Positions 1 through 11,938 of a stretch of 64,000 nt of DNA are shown here, one piece after another; position 1 is the stretch's first letter; every line of letters starts with the position of its first letter. Source of the stretch: Chiloscyllium plagiosum. Its lineage: Eukaryota. Both the position numbers and the translations under genes were made by a program. The stretch covers positions 7,516,446 to 7,580,445 of the forward strand of contig NC_057751.1 of assembly GCF_004010195.1 (NCBI RefSeq), written 5' to 3'. Under the pieces are notes generated by a model, which was not told the origin of the DNA, did no database searches, and saw only the letters and a list, made by a program, of their open reading frames with translations.

Positions 1-1500
1 GGAAAGCTATCTCTCTACTGACCCTCTCTGTGCCTCTCAGAGCTTTATACACCTCTTCTACACTCTGTCGTGGGATCACATCCCTCCTGCAGTCTGGTAG
101 TCAGAACTGTACCCAGTACTCCAGTTGTGGCCTAATTAAGCAGCATTATCATAACTTCTTTGCTCTGATATCGATTGCTTTGACTAATAAAAGCAAGTGT
201 CCATTACAGCTTCTTTATCACTTTATTCACCTGACTTGCTGCCTACAAGGACCCATGGACATGCACACCAAGGTCTTTCCGATCCTCTCTACTTCCATTT
301 CATGTCCTTCCATTTAATGTATATAGTACTCCCTTGTCAAGTGCACATTCATTTTTCTTAGTATGTGCTATTAGTGTTTTTTTTCACATCTCTTCATTCT
401 CCTCATCCATCACTTTCTATACTCAAGGAAAGTATCTGGTGTTCTGAACCTTTGGAATCTACCCGAAGTTACTTCCCTTTCCTCGTCCAATCTTGTACAG
501 TTATTGTCATCCAGAGTTCTCTGGACATATTGGACTCAACCTTCATCTTTACAGGAAGTTGTTGGCCCTGTATTCTCACTGTTACCCTTTAGAATGTGAT
601 CCATAGCTCTGATATGGATTTTTCTGCAAGTAGCTGTTTCCAGTCCACTTTGGCCAGACCCTTGTCTTCATCTGATTAAAATCAGCCTTCCTCAATTCAG
701 AACCTTGACTTCCAGTCCAGTTTTCTCCTTATCCATAATTACACTCAATCTTGCTGTCACTGAAATGCTCCTACATGACCAAATCTCCTACTTGGCTGGC
801 CTCGTTTTCTAAAATTAGATTCAGCATCTTCCCCTCTTTTGTATGTCCAACGTGCTAACTGAAAAAGTTCTTGTGGATGCATTTCAAGAATTCCACACTA
901 TTATCACCACTTTCATTTTTAGACCTCCCCATGATTTGCCCTCATACTTGTCTTTGCATCTCTCCCTGATTGCTTAGTGTTCTACCTAACACCCCAGCAA
1001 AGTGATATGTCTCCAGTTTGTTCTTATGTTCTGCCGACATGGCCTCATTTGAAGAATCTTGTAAGATATCATTCTTCCATCCTGCTGTTGCCTGTCTTGC
1101 CTGTTCCCCAACCTGCTTTCATACAGCATTGATACCATTTCCCCATGCGCTAATCAACACCCTCACTCACCCTAATCTGCCTTACTTGCAACATGCATTG
1201 AATTAAAATAAATACCATGCAACCTTGCCATGCTCCCTGTACCTTAACGTGACTATACTTAAACTGCCTTCCAGACTAACTTGGTTATTCTTCTATATTT
1301 GTCCATACATCACCCATTTTGTACCTCCACTTTGCATCCCATGCCTTGGCCAAATTAGTTGAAACCTCCAACAACTGCACGAGCAACCTCCCTGCAAGAA
1401 TGTTGGCTCCATTCTGATTCTGACTTGGACAGGTTCCACATTGCCCAAAAATAAAGCTGGTTATTCAACCTTTCAGTCATAAATGTGTCCATTTCATCCA
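1..1500 (-). mobile_element. Degraded CR1-type LINE, ORF2 (RT and endonuclease) fragments
   Basis: CR1 RT C-terminal motif on the minus strand at ~100-130 (plus-strand cagaactgtacccagtactccag, matching LEY-VQFW). Endonuclease-like fragments at 430-1000. Contiguous with the ORF1 below. Confidence 0.7.
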
Positions 1501-1564
1501 CCTATTCCTCTCCTCAAGCGCATGTGGTCCGGGTACTATGCAGACATTAAAATCTGCAACTGTC

Positions 1565-2158
1565 TCACTCTCTCAAACATTCTTCTAGGACTTCATCCTT
1601 CTTTTTGTCCATGTTGTTGGTCTCAATGTCAACCTTGATCTCCAAATGGTCACTTTCCCTCTTCAGAATGTCCTGCAGGTATTCAGTAATATCTTTCACC
1701 TTTGCCCCAGGGAGGCAACAACTGGAGTGACATCTGCAGCCACCAAAACACCTGACTATACACTTCACTATTGAATCTCCGACCACTTGTTCCCCCTTTC
1801 CTGATTCCACCATGTACAGCTGAAGTCTCTCTGCAGCCCCCAGAGAAACCAATGCAATCTGGGCTTTACTTACTACCTGACTGTCACCCTTCTTCCGACT
1901 GACGGTCACACGTTCCCTCTCTGACTGCATTTCTTTAAGCTGCACCATCATTATGTCAGGAAATCTACTATCAGCGTTATTGTTGATGCACTGGTCTGCC
2001 TCTAGCCAATGCTCAAGTTCCAAAACCCAGTGCTCAATCTGACCAGACACGTAACACTTCTTGCAGATGTGGTCATTTAGCCTCCCAGGAGCACTAAGAT
2101 TTCCCGCCAACTGTAGGTTGTGCAAAACACAGGATTGAGCTCGGCTGCCATGCTTCAT
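1565..2158 (-). pseudogene. CR1 LINE ORF1p remnant (zinc-finger/coiled-coil plus SGNH esterase-like domain)
   Basis: ORF contains DHICKKC...LELE, VVGDSIV, CCLPGAKVKDITEYLQDILK and IETNN. These match the CR1 ORF1 esterase blocks (GDS, CLPGA, HIGTND). Confidence 0.85.
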
Positions 2159-3099
2159 CTTGAGTCTGAAGCTTAATTCCCAGACCTTAACTTGACTCTA
2201 CTTTTGCTTACTTACACTTCTTTCTTATTATTGCTCCTGACAGTCACTTATTTATGGTGCGTAATAATACACTTTTCTGACTTACAACAAACAATAGATT
2301 GCCAGTGACAACAGATTCTTCCAAACCAGTGAACTCAGAGCAAAAACCTTGCTGATTCACTGATGTCCCCAGGACAGGAAGCAAGATCTATCATCCTGAA
2401 GTGGACTTGAACTGAGTAGCTAACTTTGGTCATTTCAATGAGTCAATAAGTCAGCCACACTGCTGCATATCTCACATCACATTTGGGCCAGACCAGGTCA
2501 GCAGCCTTAGTTTCTGGATTACCAGTCTCATGCATTTATCAGTAACACTACTTATTGTCTTTCAGTTGCCTTGTGTGAGGATTCTTTCTTAAGAACCTGA
2601 CTTGTTGAAGAAGTCTACGTGTACACTCATGGCCTCATATGTTCCAATGAGCCAGGAGGCATCACTACATTTTGAAGCTTCACCTATTTAATTGGAACAT
2701 AACTGGAGTACAGCAGAGATACAAATTAACCATGGTCAACCAGAATGTTGTCACAAGATTGAGAATTTAAATTACTTTTTCCTATTTCCTTTCTAACTTC
2801 AGGCCGAATTTCTGTCCACATTTTCCTCAGATTGTCTTCCATGATCCCAGCCATTTTCAACTTCTTTGTTGCTGATATATTAGAAACGGGAAGTGTTGGA
2901 AATCCTAAGCGGGACAGGCAGCATGTGAAGAAATACAAAAGCAACAAAAGAAAGATTACTGACCTGAAACTCCACTTTCCCTTTGCAGATGCTCGTAGAC
3001 CTCCAGAGAGTGTCCAGCTTGGCCTCTTGGTATTTCAAGATGACCAGCACCTGCAGTAATTTTGCGTTGGTTTCTCTTACAGATTTACACTTTGTTACA

Positions 3100-3560
3100 T
3101 GAGCACAGAAAAAAATAGCAGCAGCAATAGACCATTCAAACCATCATACCTGCTCCCTGAGTCAACACCATCATGGCACAAATGACGTGGCTTTAACTTT
3201 CCTGCCTGCTTTCGACAATCATGGTTGATGAAAAATGAGTTGAACTCACTGTTGGATACATTCAATTATCCAGCCTCCAACACCGTCTGGGCAAACAATT
3301 GCCCTACCCATCCCCCAGTTCTAGATCTCACACAACAAGGAAACATTCTTCCAGTATCTGCCCTGTGGATCTTGTATGCTTCAATAAGATTAACTTTCAT
3401 TCTTCCAAAATCCAATGAGTGCCGGCCAAACTTGCTTAACCATTCCTCACAGAGCAATCCCTGAATACCAGGAATCTTACGGCCTTGTGACTTTTCTTCA
3501 AACTGACTCCAATTTAAGTATATCTCTCCTTGACCAAGGAGTGGTAAATTATGCTTTGTT
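3100..3560 (-). mobile_element. CR1 LINE 3' fragment
   Basis: Translation LIEAYKI...RMFP...SRTGG followed by a CR1-type 3' tail. Confidence 0.7.
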
Positions 3561-3749
3561 GGATGCTTAAATCCTTTGCTTCAGTTAAGGATGTTCCAAG
3601 GAAACTCACTCTTATCTTTTTGCAGTAGATGACAGATCGTTACACTTTCTCGACTGAAACCTGTTGTCTCTTTTGTTCTCCATTTGTTTTGATTCCAGCA
3701 AGATTCTTGTTAAATGTTTCATGCATTTTCACTACAGTGCTGATGATAG

Positions 3750-4372
3750 TGTGACGATGCTGCTCCTTTAGCAAGGTTATGCTATCCTCGGCTTCTTTTT
3801 TCAGAGAGGTTGTAAAAGACTCAGAAACCTTCTGCCTGAGGCAGTATCTGTCAGCTATAAACAAATTGGCCCTAAAATCCTTCAACCTCAAACTTTTCAG
3901 AGTCTAAGTTAACAAAATGTTGTACAATGAAAGGGGAGTAGCCAGTTCTCCCAGCTCAGATTTTCTTTGGTTTGGTTTGGTTTTAACAGTGGAGAGAAAA
4001 AAAACTGCTGGACCCAAAGAAGCAAGTCCAGACTGGTATTGTCTGTCTGACTTTTCTCCTGTAAGACCCTGTGTTTGATTTTACCATTTATGCCAAGGAT
4101 TGTTTATGGGGATTATTGCAGGAGTTTGGAACAGCATCATTAAATTGAGATAATCTGTTAGTTTTTCAGATCGGTTAAGCTATTCTGTTCTCTTTTGTTT
4201 TGTTTCATTCAGTAATCTTGTACATAAATTCTGTTTTGCTTGAAACTAACTGGGTTGGCCAGCAGCATCACTCCTGGAATATCCACTTACACCTGCTTAA
4301 AACAACTAGCAAAGTTAGGATCCAGGCTCTCTTCTTGAAACGTTTTCAGGGGCTATGGCCTGATCCATAACA
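3750..4372 (+). mobile_element. Solo LTR (family LTR-A, probably Gypsy-like)
   Basis: Begins TGTGAC and ends CATAACA. Flanks are atag/gtag (4-bp TSD with one mismatch). A homologous copy lies at 30941-34908. Confidence 0.7.
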
Positions 4373-4384
4373 GTAGGATAACAT

Positions 4385-4580
4385 CTACAAGCAGGGCACT
4401 GAAAGAACACAGCAAGCCAGGCAGCATCAGGGGGTGGAGAAGTCAATGTTTCGGGTCTAACCTTTCTTTGTTGACCTGCCTTTATTCCCTCCAAATATTT
4501 TAGAAGACCTGCTGAATGGTTCCAGCTTTCTGGTTTGAAGTTTCCTTGTCGTATTTTCAGATCTGATTTCAGCTACTTCC
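4385..4580. mobile_element. Degraded Penelope-derived palindromic mini-element
   Basis: cagcaagccaggcagcatc...gtttcgggtc...gacctgctgaatggttccagc pattern shared with better-preserved copies. Confidence 0.5.
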
Positions 4581-4679
4581 CTTGGCAACTAAACTGGGCT
4601 TGTCTCTTCCATTTCTCAGATATGATCATATAAATGAGGAACAAGTCAGCAAAAGGACACTTGGATCTTCACATAGTGC

Positions 4680-4838
4680 CTCTCACAATGCCAGGATATT
4701 CCAAAGCCCTTTACGTCTGATAGAGTGCTATTGCTGTCACTATTGCCATGTTAGAAAAGTACCAACTCATTTGTACACAGGAAAATGTAACAAACAGCAT
4801 TGTATTCATGAACAGGCCAACAGTTTGTGTAATTTTTA
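4680..4838 (-). mobile_element. Deu-domain SINE (SacSINE1-like) 3' remnant
   Basis: Degenerate reverse complement of the DeuSINE 3' region seen at 27640-27820. Confidence 0.45.
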
Positions 4839-5252
4839 AAATAAATATATTTATTAGCAAATTTTTTTTAACTTTACCAACATATAAAATTATTGAAAAA
4901 TACAATCAATAACAACTATCAGTTTAATAAAAAGAAAAAACCCACAAATTACAATACAACTACTGTCTCCTAACTATTAACCTACCCTTTAATACAAAAC
5001 AAACCCTAACACTGTGCAAAGCAACACCAAAAAAAAAGAAAACCCCAAAAAAATCAAAAAAACACACAAAATACAGAACAGCTATGCTCAGCGCAAAGCT
5101 CCCAAACAAAGGAACGGAAGCATTGTATAGCCCAAGGCTTGACAAAACCATCCTGGTTAAACAAATGCCCTAGTTAAGACAACTGACAAATCTATATCCA
5201 AATAACTCAAGGAGGGCTGCCATGTCTTATAAAAATGGTCTGTTGTGTGGTT

Positions 5253-5568
5253 TGGATTAGATTACTTACAGTGTGGAAACAGGCCCTTCGGCCCAACAAG
5301 TCCACACCAACCTGCTGAAGCGCAACCCCCAGACCCATTCCCCTACATTTAACCCTTCACCCATCACTATGGGCAATTTAGCATGGCCAATTCACCTAAC
5401 CTGCACATTTTTGGATTGTGGGAGGAAACCGGAGCACCCGGAGGAAACCCACACAGACACGGGGAGAATGTGCAAACTCCACACAGAGAGTCACCTGAGG
5501 CGGGAATTGAACCCGGGTCTCTGGCGCTGCGAGGCAGCAGTGCTAACCACTGTGCCACCGTGCTGCCC
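5253..5568 (-). mobile_element. HE1-type tRNA-derived V-SINE
   Basis: A box TGGCACAGTGG, B box GGTTCAATTCC, V-domain body and (TAATC)n tail. Confidence 0.95.
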
Positions 5569-6016
5569 ACACATGGTGCACCATGTTTGTTAAAAAGCCC
5601 AAGGGAATGTGCTCCATAATTAATTTCTGCCATCCCAGCAAGCACAGCGGGTTCTCACACACCCAATTCATCAGAATATTCTTCCTTGCACAATATGCAA
5701 GAATATTAAATAGTTTCTTCCCATGCCCGTCTAAAGATGGTAAATTCAGTAGACCTAAGAAGAGAGATATCAGGTCTACTTTGACTTCAGTCCTCAATAC
5801 CCTCCCTATCTCTCCTTCCACAGCGCTCCAATAAATACGGAGCCTGTGGCATGTCCAGAAGCAATGGGCAAGAATACTTACATTTATTTTACATTTGGGG
5901 CACACTGAGGATGCCACTTTTTTAAACTTCATCAGACGGTCTGGTGCCAGATGAGCCTTGTGCAGCGTAGCGCATGTCCTATTATAGATTGAGATCTTTT
6001 GAGTATTCTCCCATAT

Positions 6017-6686
6017 TGTTTTAAAAAATTCTCAAGGTCAGGTTCGTAGGAGAGTAGTCTGACACAGAACAAACGACCAAGAGGCGAGTCTGCTAGAATA
6101 TGAGCATTTTATCCCCCGCAGCGTCGCCACAACCAGGTCTCATACTTACAACAGGTCTGGCTTATACTCACTCTACATGTTACCGGAACTGGGAGCCGTC
6201 AGTTCTCGTAGAGCGGTTGCCAACAACCCACGCTCGGCGGTTAAACGTAACCCCGGAGCAGACTCACCGAACTGGAGACTTTTCCAGCTGATATACTCTT
6301 TTCCAGATATAAACATTCATGTGAACAGCAGAGCAAGGCTAAAAAACACATTCCATTCTGGTTACATACAGATAAGAAGATTCACACGGGAAGGTGTATA
6401 ACAAGATTCACACGGGACTAAGCGACACCTTCCATTTTCGGTTAGAGCAGAGCAAGGCTAAAAAACACATTCCATTCTGGTTACATACAGATAAGAAGAT
6501 TCACACGGGAAGGTGTGTAATAAGATTCACACGGGACTAAGCAACACCTCCATTCCGGTTAGATTCACACATGTATTGGGACATAATTTTTAACCGTTTC
6601 ACCACATTCCACTGCTTGGCCCAATACATGTGTTACATTATTATTCACACATGTATTGGGACATAATTTTTAACCGTTTCACCACA
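6017..6686 (-). mobile_element. Young solo LTR (LTR retrotransposon or ERV), 670 bp
   Basis: TG...CA termini. Exact 5-bp TSD CATAT at 6012-6016 and 6687-6691. CpG-rich, with internal ~119-bp and 44-bp direct repeats. Orientation inferred from the order repeats, TATA-like, GATAAA. Confidence 0.9.
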
Positions 6687-7751
6687 CATATGTTCTCCCA
6701 TGTTTCAGAAGAGATCTCCACTCCTAGCTCTTGCTTCCAGACCTCATAACCAGTTAATATCCTGCCAGGCCCTGCCACCCAGCAGGTGATAGAGGGCACT
6801 AACCGAAAGGGTGCTTGTGGACCGGAGCAACAACCTCTCTGGATTAGGCTTATAGGGCTTAGTGAGAAGCGTAGTCTTCTTCTGGATGAAATCCCTAACC
6901 TGAAAAAAATGGGAAAGATCTCTGCTGGGTAACCCGTATTTGCAGCTCAGTTGCTCAAAAGACATCACAACCTCCCCCTCAAACAAGTCTCCCAAACTAG
7001 AAACTTCTCTCGTTGTCCATAGTTTGAACCCTGAGTCCATCATCCCTGGTCGGAACCTGGCAATGCCAACTATAGGAATAAGAAGCGAAGTCTTGGATAA
7101 ACAACCCTCACTCTGATGCATCGCCCTCCAATCCTTGAGTGTACTAATGACAATGGGGTTCCGGCAGTGGTCCATAATTGCCCTCATCTTATCCATGAAC
7201 AACAAGTTAATAAGAGGGCACAGTTTGTAATTTTCACCGATGAACAGATGTTGCGCAGTAGGCCAGTAGCCTGCTCTTCTTAGAAATAGGAGAATGGGCT
7301 CTTTCAGATCCACCTCAGAGAGTAAACAGGAGCTCAAACTAATACCTCAACTGAGAAATTTGGTATTTTTGACAGTGTGGCATTCTTGGCATTTACCTTG
7401 GGTGAGGACTGCAAACCATGACTATTTGATGCTTGTGTGCATTTCCCTTTTTTCATTAACAGCCACCCTGGGTCACTGTCAACAATGCCTCATCTTCAGA
7501 CAGGTTCAGACCAAGCTGAAGGATGCCATTTGGCTCCAGATAAAGTCACCCAAACCTGGCAGACTCGGCTAAACTTGCAGTGAGGAATTTGAGATGAGAA
7601 GTAACTCCAATCAAATCTTCACAACACATTCAGACTTGCAGCTTGGCCAGAGTGGAAATAAGAAGTGCTATGCACTAAGAAATCAGTAGGTGTAGCTGCA
7701 GTGCAAAGCATCTACAGAAGTCTTCAATTTTGTGAAGAAACTGCACAATGT

Positions 7752-7791
7752 TCAGTGGATGGCAAAGTGTTCTCTTGCTGCCATCTACTGA
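7752..7791. promoter_or_regulatory. Inverted pair of CTCF-like cores (13-bp inverted repeat)
   Basis: TCAGTGGATGGCA at 7752-7764 on plus, and TCAGTAGATGGCAGCA on minus at 7776-7791. Confidence 0.35.
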
Positions 7792-8189
7792 TAAAACAAG
7801 AAATATCCCGTACTTTTTCAATTGGACTTTACTGTTAAATTTGTAGCACAAAAACAGGCAATTTGGCTCAAATGGCCCATGCTATGCTCCTCCACCATGT
7901 ACTTCACTTATGCGATCAGCAAATGCTCGTAACATCTTTCTTCTACATGTTCTTATCCCAGTCCCTGGCAATGTTCTGAGTTATCTGCTCAGCTACTCCT
8001 TTTTAACAGATTTCACATTCCATCTATTCAGTGGGTCAAGAAGGGTGCCCTGAATTCTCAACCAGAGTCACGAGTGAACATCTTATATTGACGACTGATA
8101 ATCTAATTTCTTCACAACCAGAGATGTTCTCAATTATTACTGATGCCAAAGATTCTCATTGTATTTAATAAAGATTTATGTTCCAGCAG

Positions 8190-8815
8190 GTAATATCAAT
8201 TGCAAATGGAATGTTGGCATTTATTGCTGAAGGAATATAAAATTATGCACATTATCCTGCAACAATGAGGACTTCATGAACCCAAATTTGGAGTATTGCA
8301 TCCAGTTTTGGTCCCCTGCCTTGAGGGAGAAAGGGATGTGATTTTGAAGGCAGTTCATGAGATTCATTCCAGAAATGAGGCATTTGTTTTATGAAGACCA
8401 TGTCAGCAGTTTCAGCCAATACGCGCAAGAGTTGAGAAGAATGAAAGGAGATTTAACTGAGATATTTAACACGATAAAAGGGATTGGTACAGTGGATGTT
8501 GAGAGGATGTTTCCTCTTGTGGGGTATTCTCAAATGTTACAGTTTAAGCATAAAGCATCGCAGTTTTAAAAGAGAGATGATGAGAACGGATCACATATCT
8601 ATGCAATAATGGAATTTACAACCCTAGATAGCAGGAGATGCTGGGACATTGAGTAAATTTTAAGGAGGAGGTAGATTTTTCATTAGTAATGGCTTGAAGG
8701 ATTGTACAGAGTAGGGAGGAAAGCAGAGTTGAGACCAACTTGTGATTAGCCATGACAATATTAAATGGTGAACCAAGCTCAAGGGGCTGAACTGTGTATT
8801 TCTGCTCCCAGGTCT
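8190..8815 (+). mobile_element. CR1 LINE 3' fragment
   Basis: ttggagtattgcatccagttttggtcccc (LEYCIQFWSP), ELRRMKGDLTEIF and a CR1 3' tail. Confidence 0.85.
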
Positions 8816-11329
8816 TCGGTTCTTGTCCCAGGAGATTTTGTAGATGAACAGTCACGTCATAAAACAAGCGTTGAGCAAAACGATCAAAAGTCGTCAGATC
8901 AGCAAAAACTTGGTGAAAGATTTAGGATTTCAGAGTGGAGTTTCAGTGTTAAAGGAATGGCAGTGAATGAAGAATGCAAGTGTGGAAGTCAGAAAAGTGA
9001 GAGTGAGCCAAACCTCTTTCTAAAAGAAATTATAAGTCCTGCTTTATTCTTTCTTCCAGCCAATGTGTTGATAAAAAATTGGGAGAGCGAGGTGGTTTCT
9101 AGTCAGGTACCTCGACCAGGTGGTGAAGGCAGCACGGCACCCATGTTTTTGTTTGACATCAAATCTCCTGCCTCCCCCCCCCGCCTGCCCTGTTCAGATT
9201 CAAAGATGGAAAATCAAGGGGTGACCATCCCAGCACTACAGACGGACAGATGCCAAATGAAGATGAACCTTTAGTAAACACCTTTTCACAGAAGCAGCGC
9301 AATTCCTTTCAAGCCCTAAGATTGGCTTGGACTCAAATTTAGCTGCAACCTGAGCTCATGAAAGTATCGTCTTTAGATTTAACAGGGAATTGACACAACA
9401 AGAAATCAATTGGCCCAGGGTTTAAATGCAAAATCACAATCAGACTCGAAATATTTGCATTCTCTGCCACACAATAAATATTTGTTCAGATACGAATGCT
9501 CCGCTGAAGAGAAACACAATGGGACATTTCCAACCTAATAGGTTTACAAATGTAGTGTAATAAATCTCCATAATTCATTGAAAATAACTCAGAGGGAAGT
9601 CCCTTGTGCCTCAGCAAATTAATGTATCACCCAGAGTCTGATAAAAAAAAGGCAAGCAGATCACAATGACAATTACAGCAGAGGTAGGCAGTCATCTCAC
9701 CATTTTATATTTACCCATTAGACTCTGCCACAACAGTTAACAACATCCCCAGTGTATCCAAAAGGCACAACTGCAGTCGCACAGCTAGTCCTTCACTTTA
9801 AACATTTGTCTCTCATATGCTATCTTGGTTTCACTCTGATTCAGTGAGTCGATGTGACCCTGTGAAGACGTGTCACAAAGAGAGCTCCTCAGTTTCCAAA
9901 GTTGCAGGTCCACAGTCAGCATGAACCATGAATTATGGCAGATGGGTCCAGTGGACTGACCATAACAGACCACGACATTTATTAGGTTTGGGTCCGTCTC
10001 TGTGAAGCACCATTTTGCCAAAAAGTTGTTTAATGTTCTTTGTCTTGGTTGTCCTTCTGTCAATGAGAAGAGTTCAGAAGGGTGACAGACAAGAGGGAGC
10101 AGGAGAAACGAAGAGAGAGAGAGAAAGAAAGAGGGTAGCTTTTATTTGTCTTGTCTACCATATACAACTGATACAGTAGAAACGAGACAAAGTTCCTTCT
10201 AGACTAAGGGCGCTACATGGACAGCACAAACTACACAATTGTACATGGCATAAAGTGCAGAAGAAGTGCAAAACATGCAAGTTGCACTGCCATAGAAGAT
10301 TGGTAAATAGTAGACCTTTTTCTAGCAGCAATTCGAAGTTGTGCGAAGAATTTCAGATGGGAAAGAGTCCGATAGCAGTTGCATATTATCATTGAGGGAG
10401 ATGATTAAAATCTGGCAGGTTTTAATGTGACTCTTAAAGAAAGATGAGAGGAAGGTTTTGGGAACGGAGTCCACATGGTAGGCCCAACCTAAATTCCATA
10501 TTCCTCTCCAGGAGGAAATCTACCCCTTCACAAAATAAAAATTAATTTCCAACTGTAGCTGAGGTGAGAGTCTCAATGAGGAAGTGAGATTAAGGAAAAA
10601 GGTCGATGCGTAATATTGACTGACAGTTGAAGCAAGATCCTTATTGCCACCATAGCTTCAGGAATAATTGTGAAGCTTTGAACTGTGCAACTCATCTCAC
10701 TTCACTGTTTTGAAGTTGAAAGGATCATCACATTTTTAGTAGTGTTTCAGTTACCTTTCCCTGGTACAGGAGGTGTGCAAAGGGAATAAAATTGTGGATA
10801 TTAACCTCAAAGAGGAGATCAAGAGAAGCAAAGTCAGTTCCACAAATCATGAATATGACTTCAAGGCAACTTAGAAGATTTGCCTTTATTGAAAAAATTC
10901 AGAAAAGTGCTTTATAGCCATCTCAGTACTTGTCATCATTGGAATGCGGATAAAATGACACACGATGTACGCAGGAAGTTCCCACAAACAGATTCAAGAA
11001 TAAACACTGGCCTGGATCATGGAGAGGACTGTTTATCTTCAAAGTAATGCTCTGGCACCTTTCATATTCAACTAAGCTCCAGCTATGCATTTCTTTGTCT
11101 GCCCAACATTGAAACTGTTTCAGTACAGCTGGAAGGATGAATTATCAGACCAGCCAGCAAGAGTTGCATCAAACAGCCTTTACTTTCACTCTTCACTGAA
11201 GGAGACAACATTCTCGCCTGTCGAACCATAACACACAACTTTGTTGCAGTGAGCCAAACTCACAACTGCTAACTATATGGATTCTGCCCAACAGATCTGA
11301 TATCCCAGCATGCAATCAGGGAAGCTCTT

Positions 11330-11575
11330 GGAATGTTGCTGGTGAAATGTTTCCTCACAGAGAGGCATCAGTCTTTCAAACTCTGTCCTTGAAAATGCAG
11401 TTGAAACTTTGTTCTGGAATACTTTTAAGGAAGAGATAGAGAATCTATCCATCAGCAAGTGGGTGAAACATGATCAGTAGTATGTGGGAATGGGGAACTA
11501 AGGCTACAATCTGTCATTATCTTTTTGAATGGCAGAGCAGGCTCAAAGGGGCTGATTGGCATACTCTATATACTT
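11330..11575 (+). mobile_element. CR1 3' tail fragment
   Basis: gaatggcagagcaggctcaaaggggctga terminal motif. Confidence 0.65.
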
Positions 11576-11583
11576 GTCTCCAA

Positions 11584-11938
11584 GGGGAGGCCATGGCCCA
11601 GTCCTATTATCACTGGACTGTTAATCCAGAGACCCAGTTGTTGTTTTGGGGACCAGGTTCAAATCCCACCACAGCAGATGGTGGAATTTGAATTCAGTAC
11701 AAAAGTCTGGAACTGAGAGTCTAAAGATGGCCATGAACCCATTGTCAATTGTTGTAAAAATCCATCTGGTTCACTCATGTCCTTCAGGGAAGAAAAACTG
11801 CCATCGTTACCTGGTCTGACCTACATGTGACTGCAGACCCACAGCAATGTGTTGACTCTTGACTGTTCCATGGGCAATTAGGGATGGACAATAAACGCTG
11901 GTCCAGCTGGCAAGGCCCTCATGAATGAATAAACAAAG
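11584..11938 (+). mobile_element. tRNA-derived SINE, second family (SINE-B)
   Basis: B box GGTTCAAATCC, conserved body ...catctggttcact...ctacatgtgact..., and tail gggcaattagggatgg...aataaa shared with LINE-B fragments. Confidence 0.85.

Larger units (their letters stand above)
4840..7225 (-). mobile_element. 5'-truncated L1/Tx1-clade LINE (ORF2 C-terminal half plus T-rich 3' UTR), interrupted by a SINE and a solo LTR
   Basis: ORFs 6744-7337 and 5543-5932 give the L1-type C-terminus, including the CCHC knuckle CPKC...HCFWTC and FEQL..KYGLP...FFQVRDFI. The frame rejoins as ENIWENTQK across the LTR insertion. Confidence 0.9.

Noticed and set aside
2970..3065. Exon-like segment (ctttgcag|ATG...CAG|taa)
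   Set aside because: Matches a decayed Penelope-type tail (cagatgct...ccagca.ctgcagta) and has no GT donor.
5273..5645. Recurrent ORFs such as WPIHLTCTSLDCGRKPEH and AQWLALLPHSARDPGSIP, resembling a gene family
   Set aside because: These are translations of HE1 SINE copies.
6563..6686. CRISPR-like repeat-spacer-repeat (44/36/44 bp)
   Set aside because: Only two units, inside a eukaryotic LTR. The spacer derives partly from the repeat, and there are no cas genes.
8765..9274. 169-aa ORF
   Set aside because: Starts inside a CR1 tail, has no recognisable domain, and its length is within chance expectation for 64 kb in six frames.
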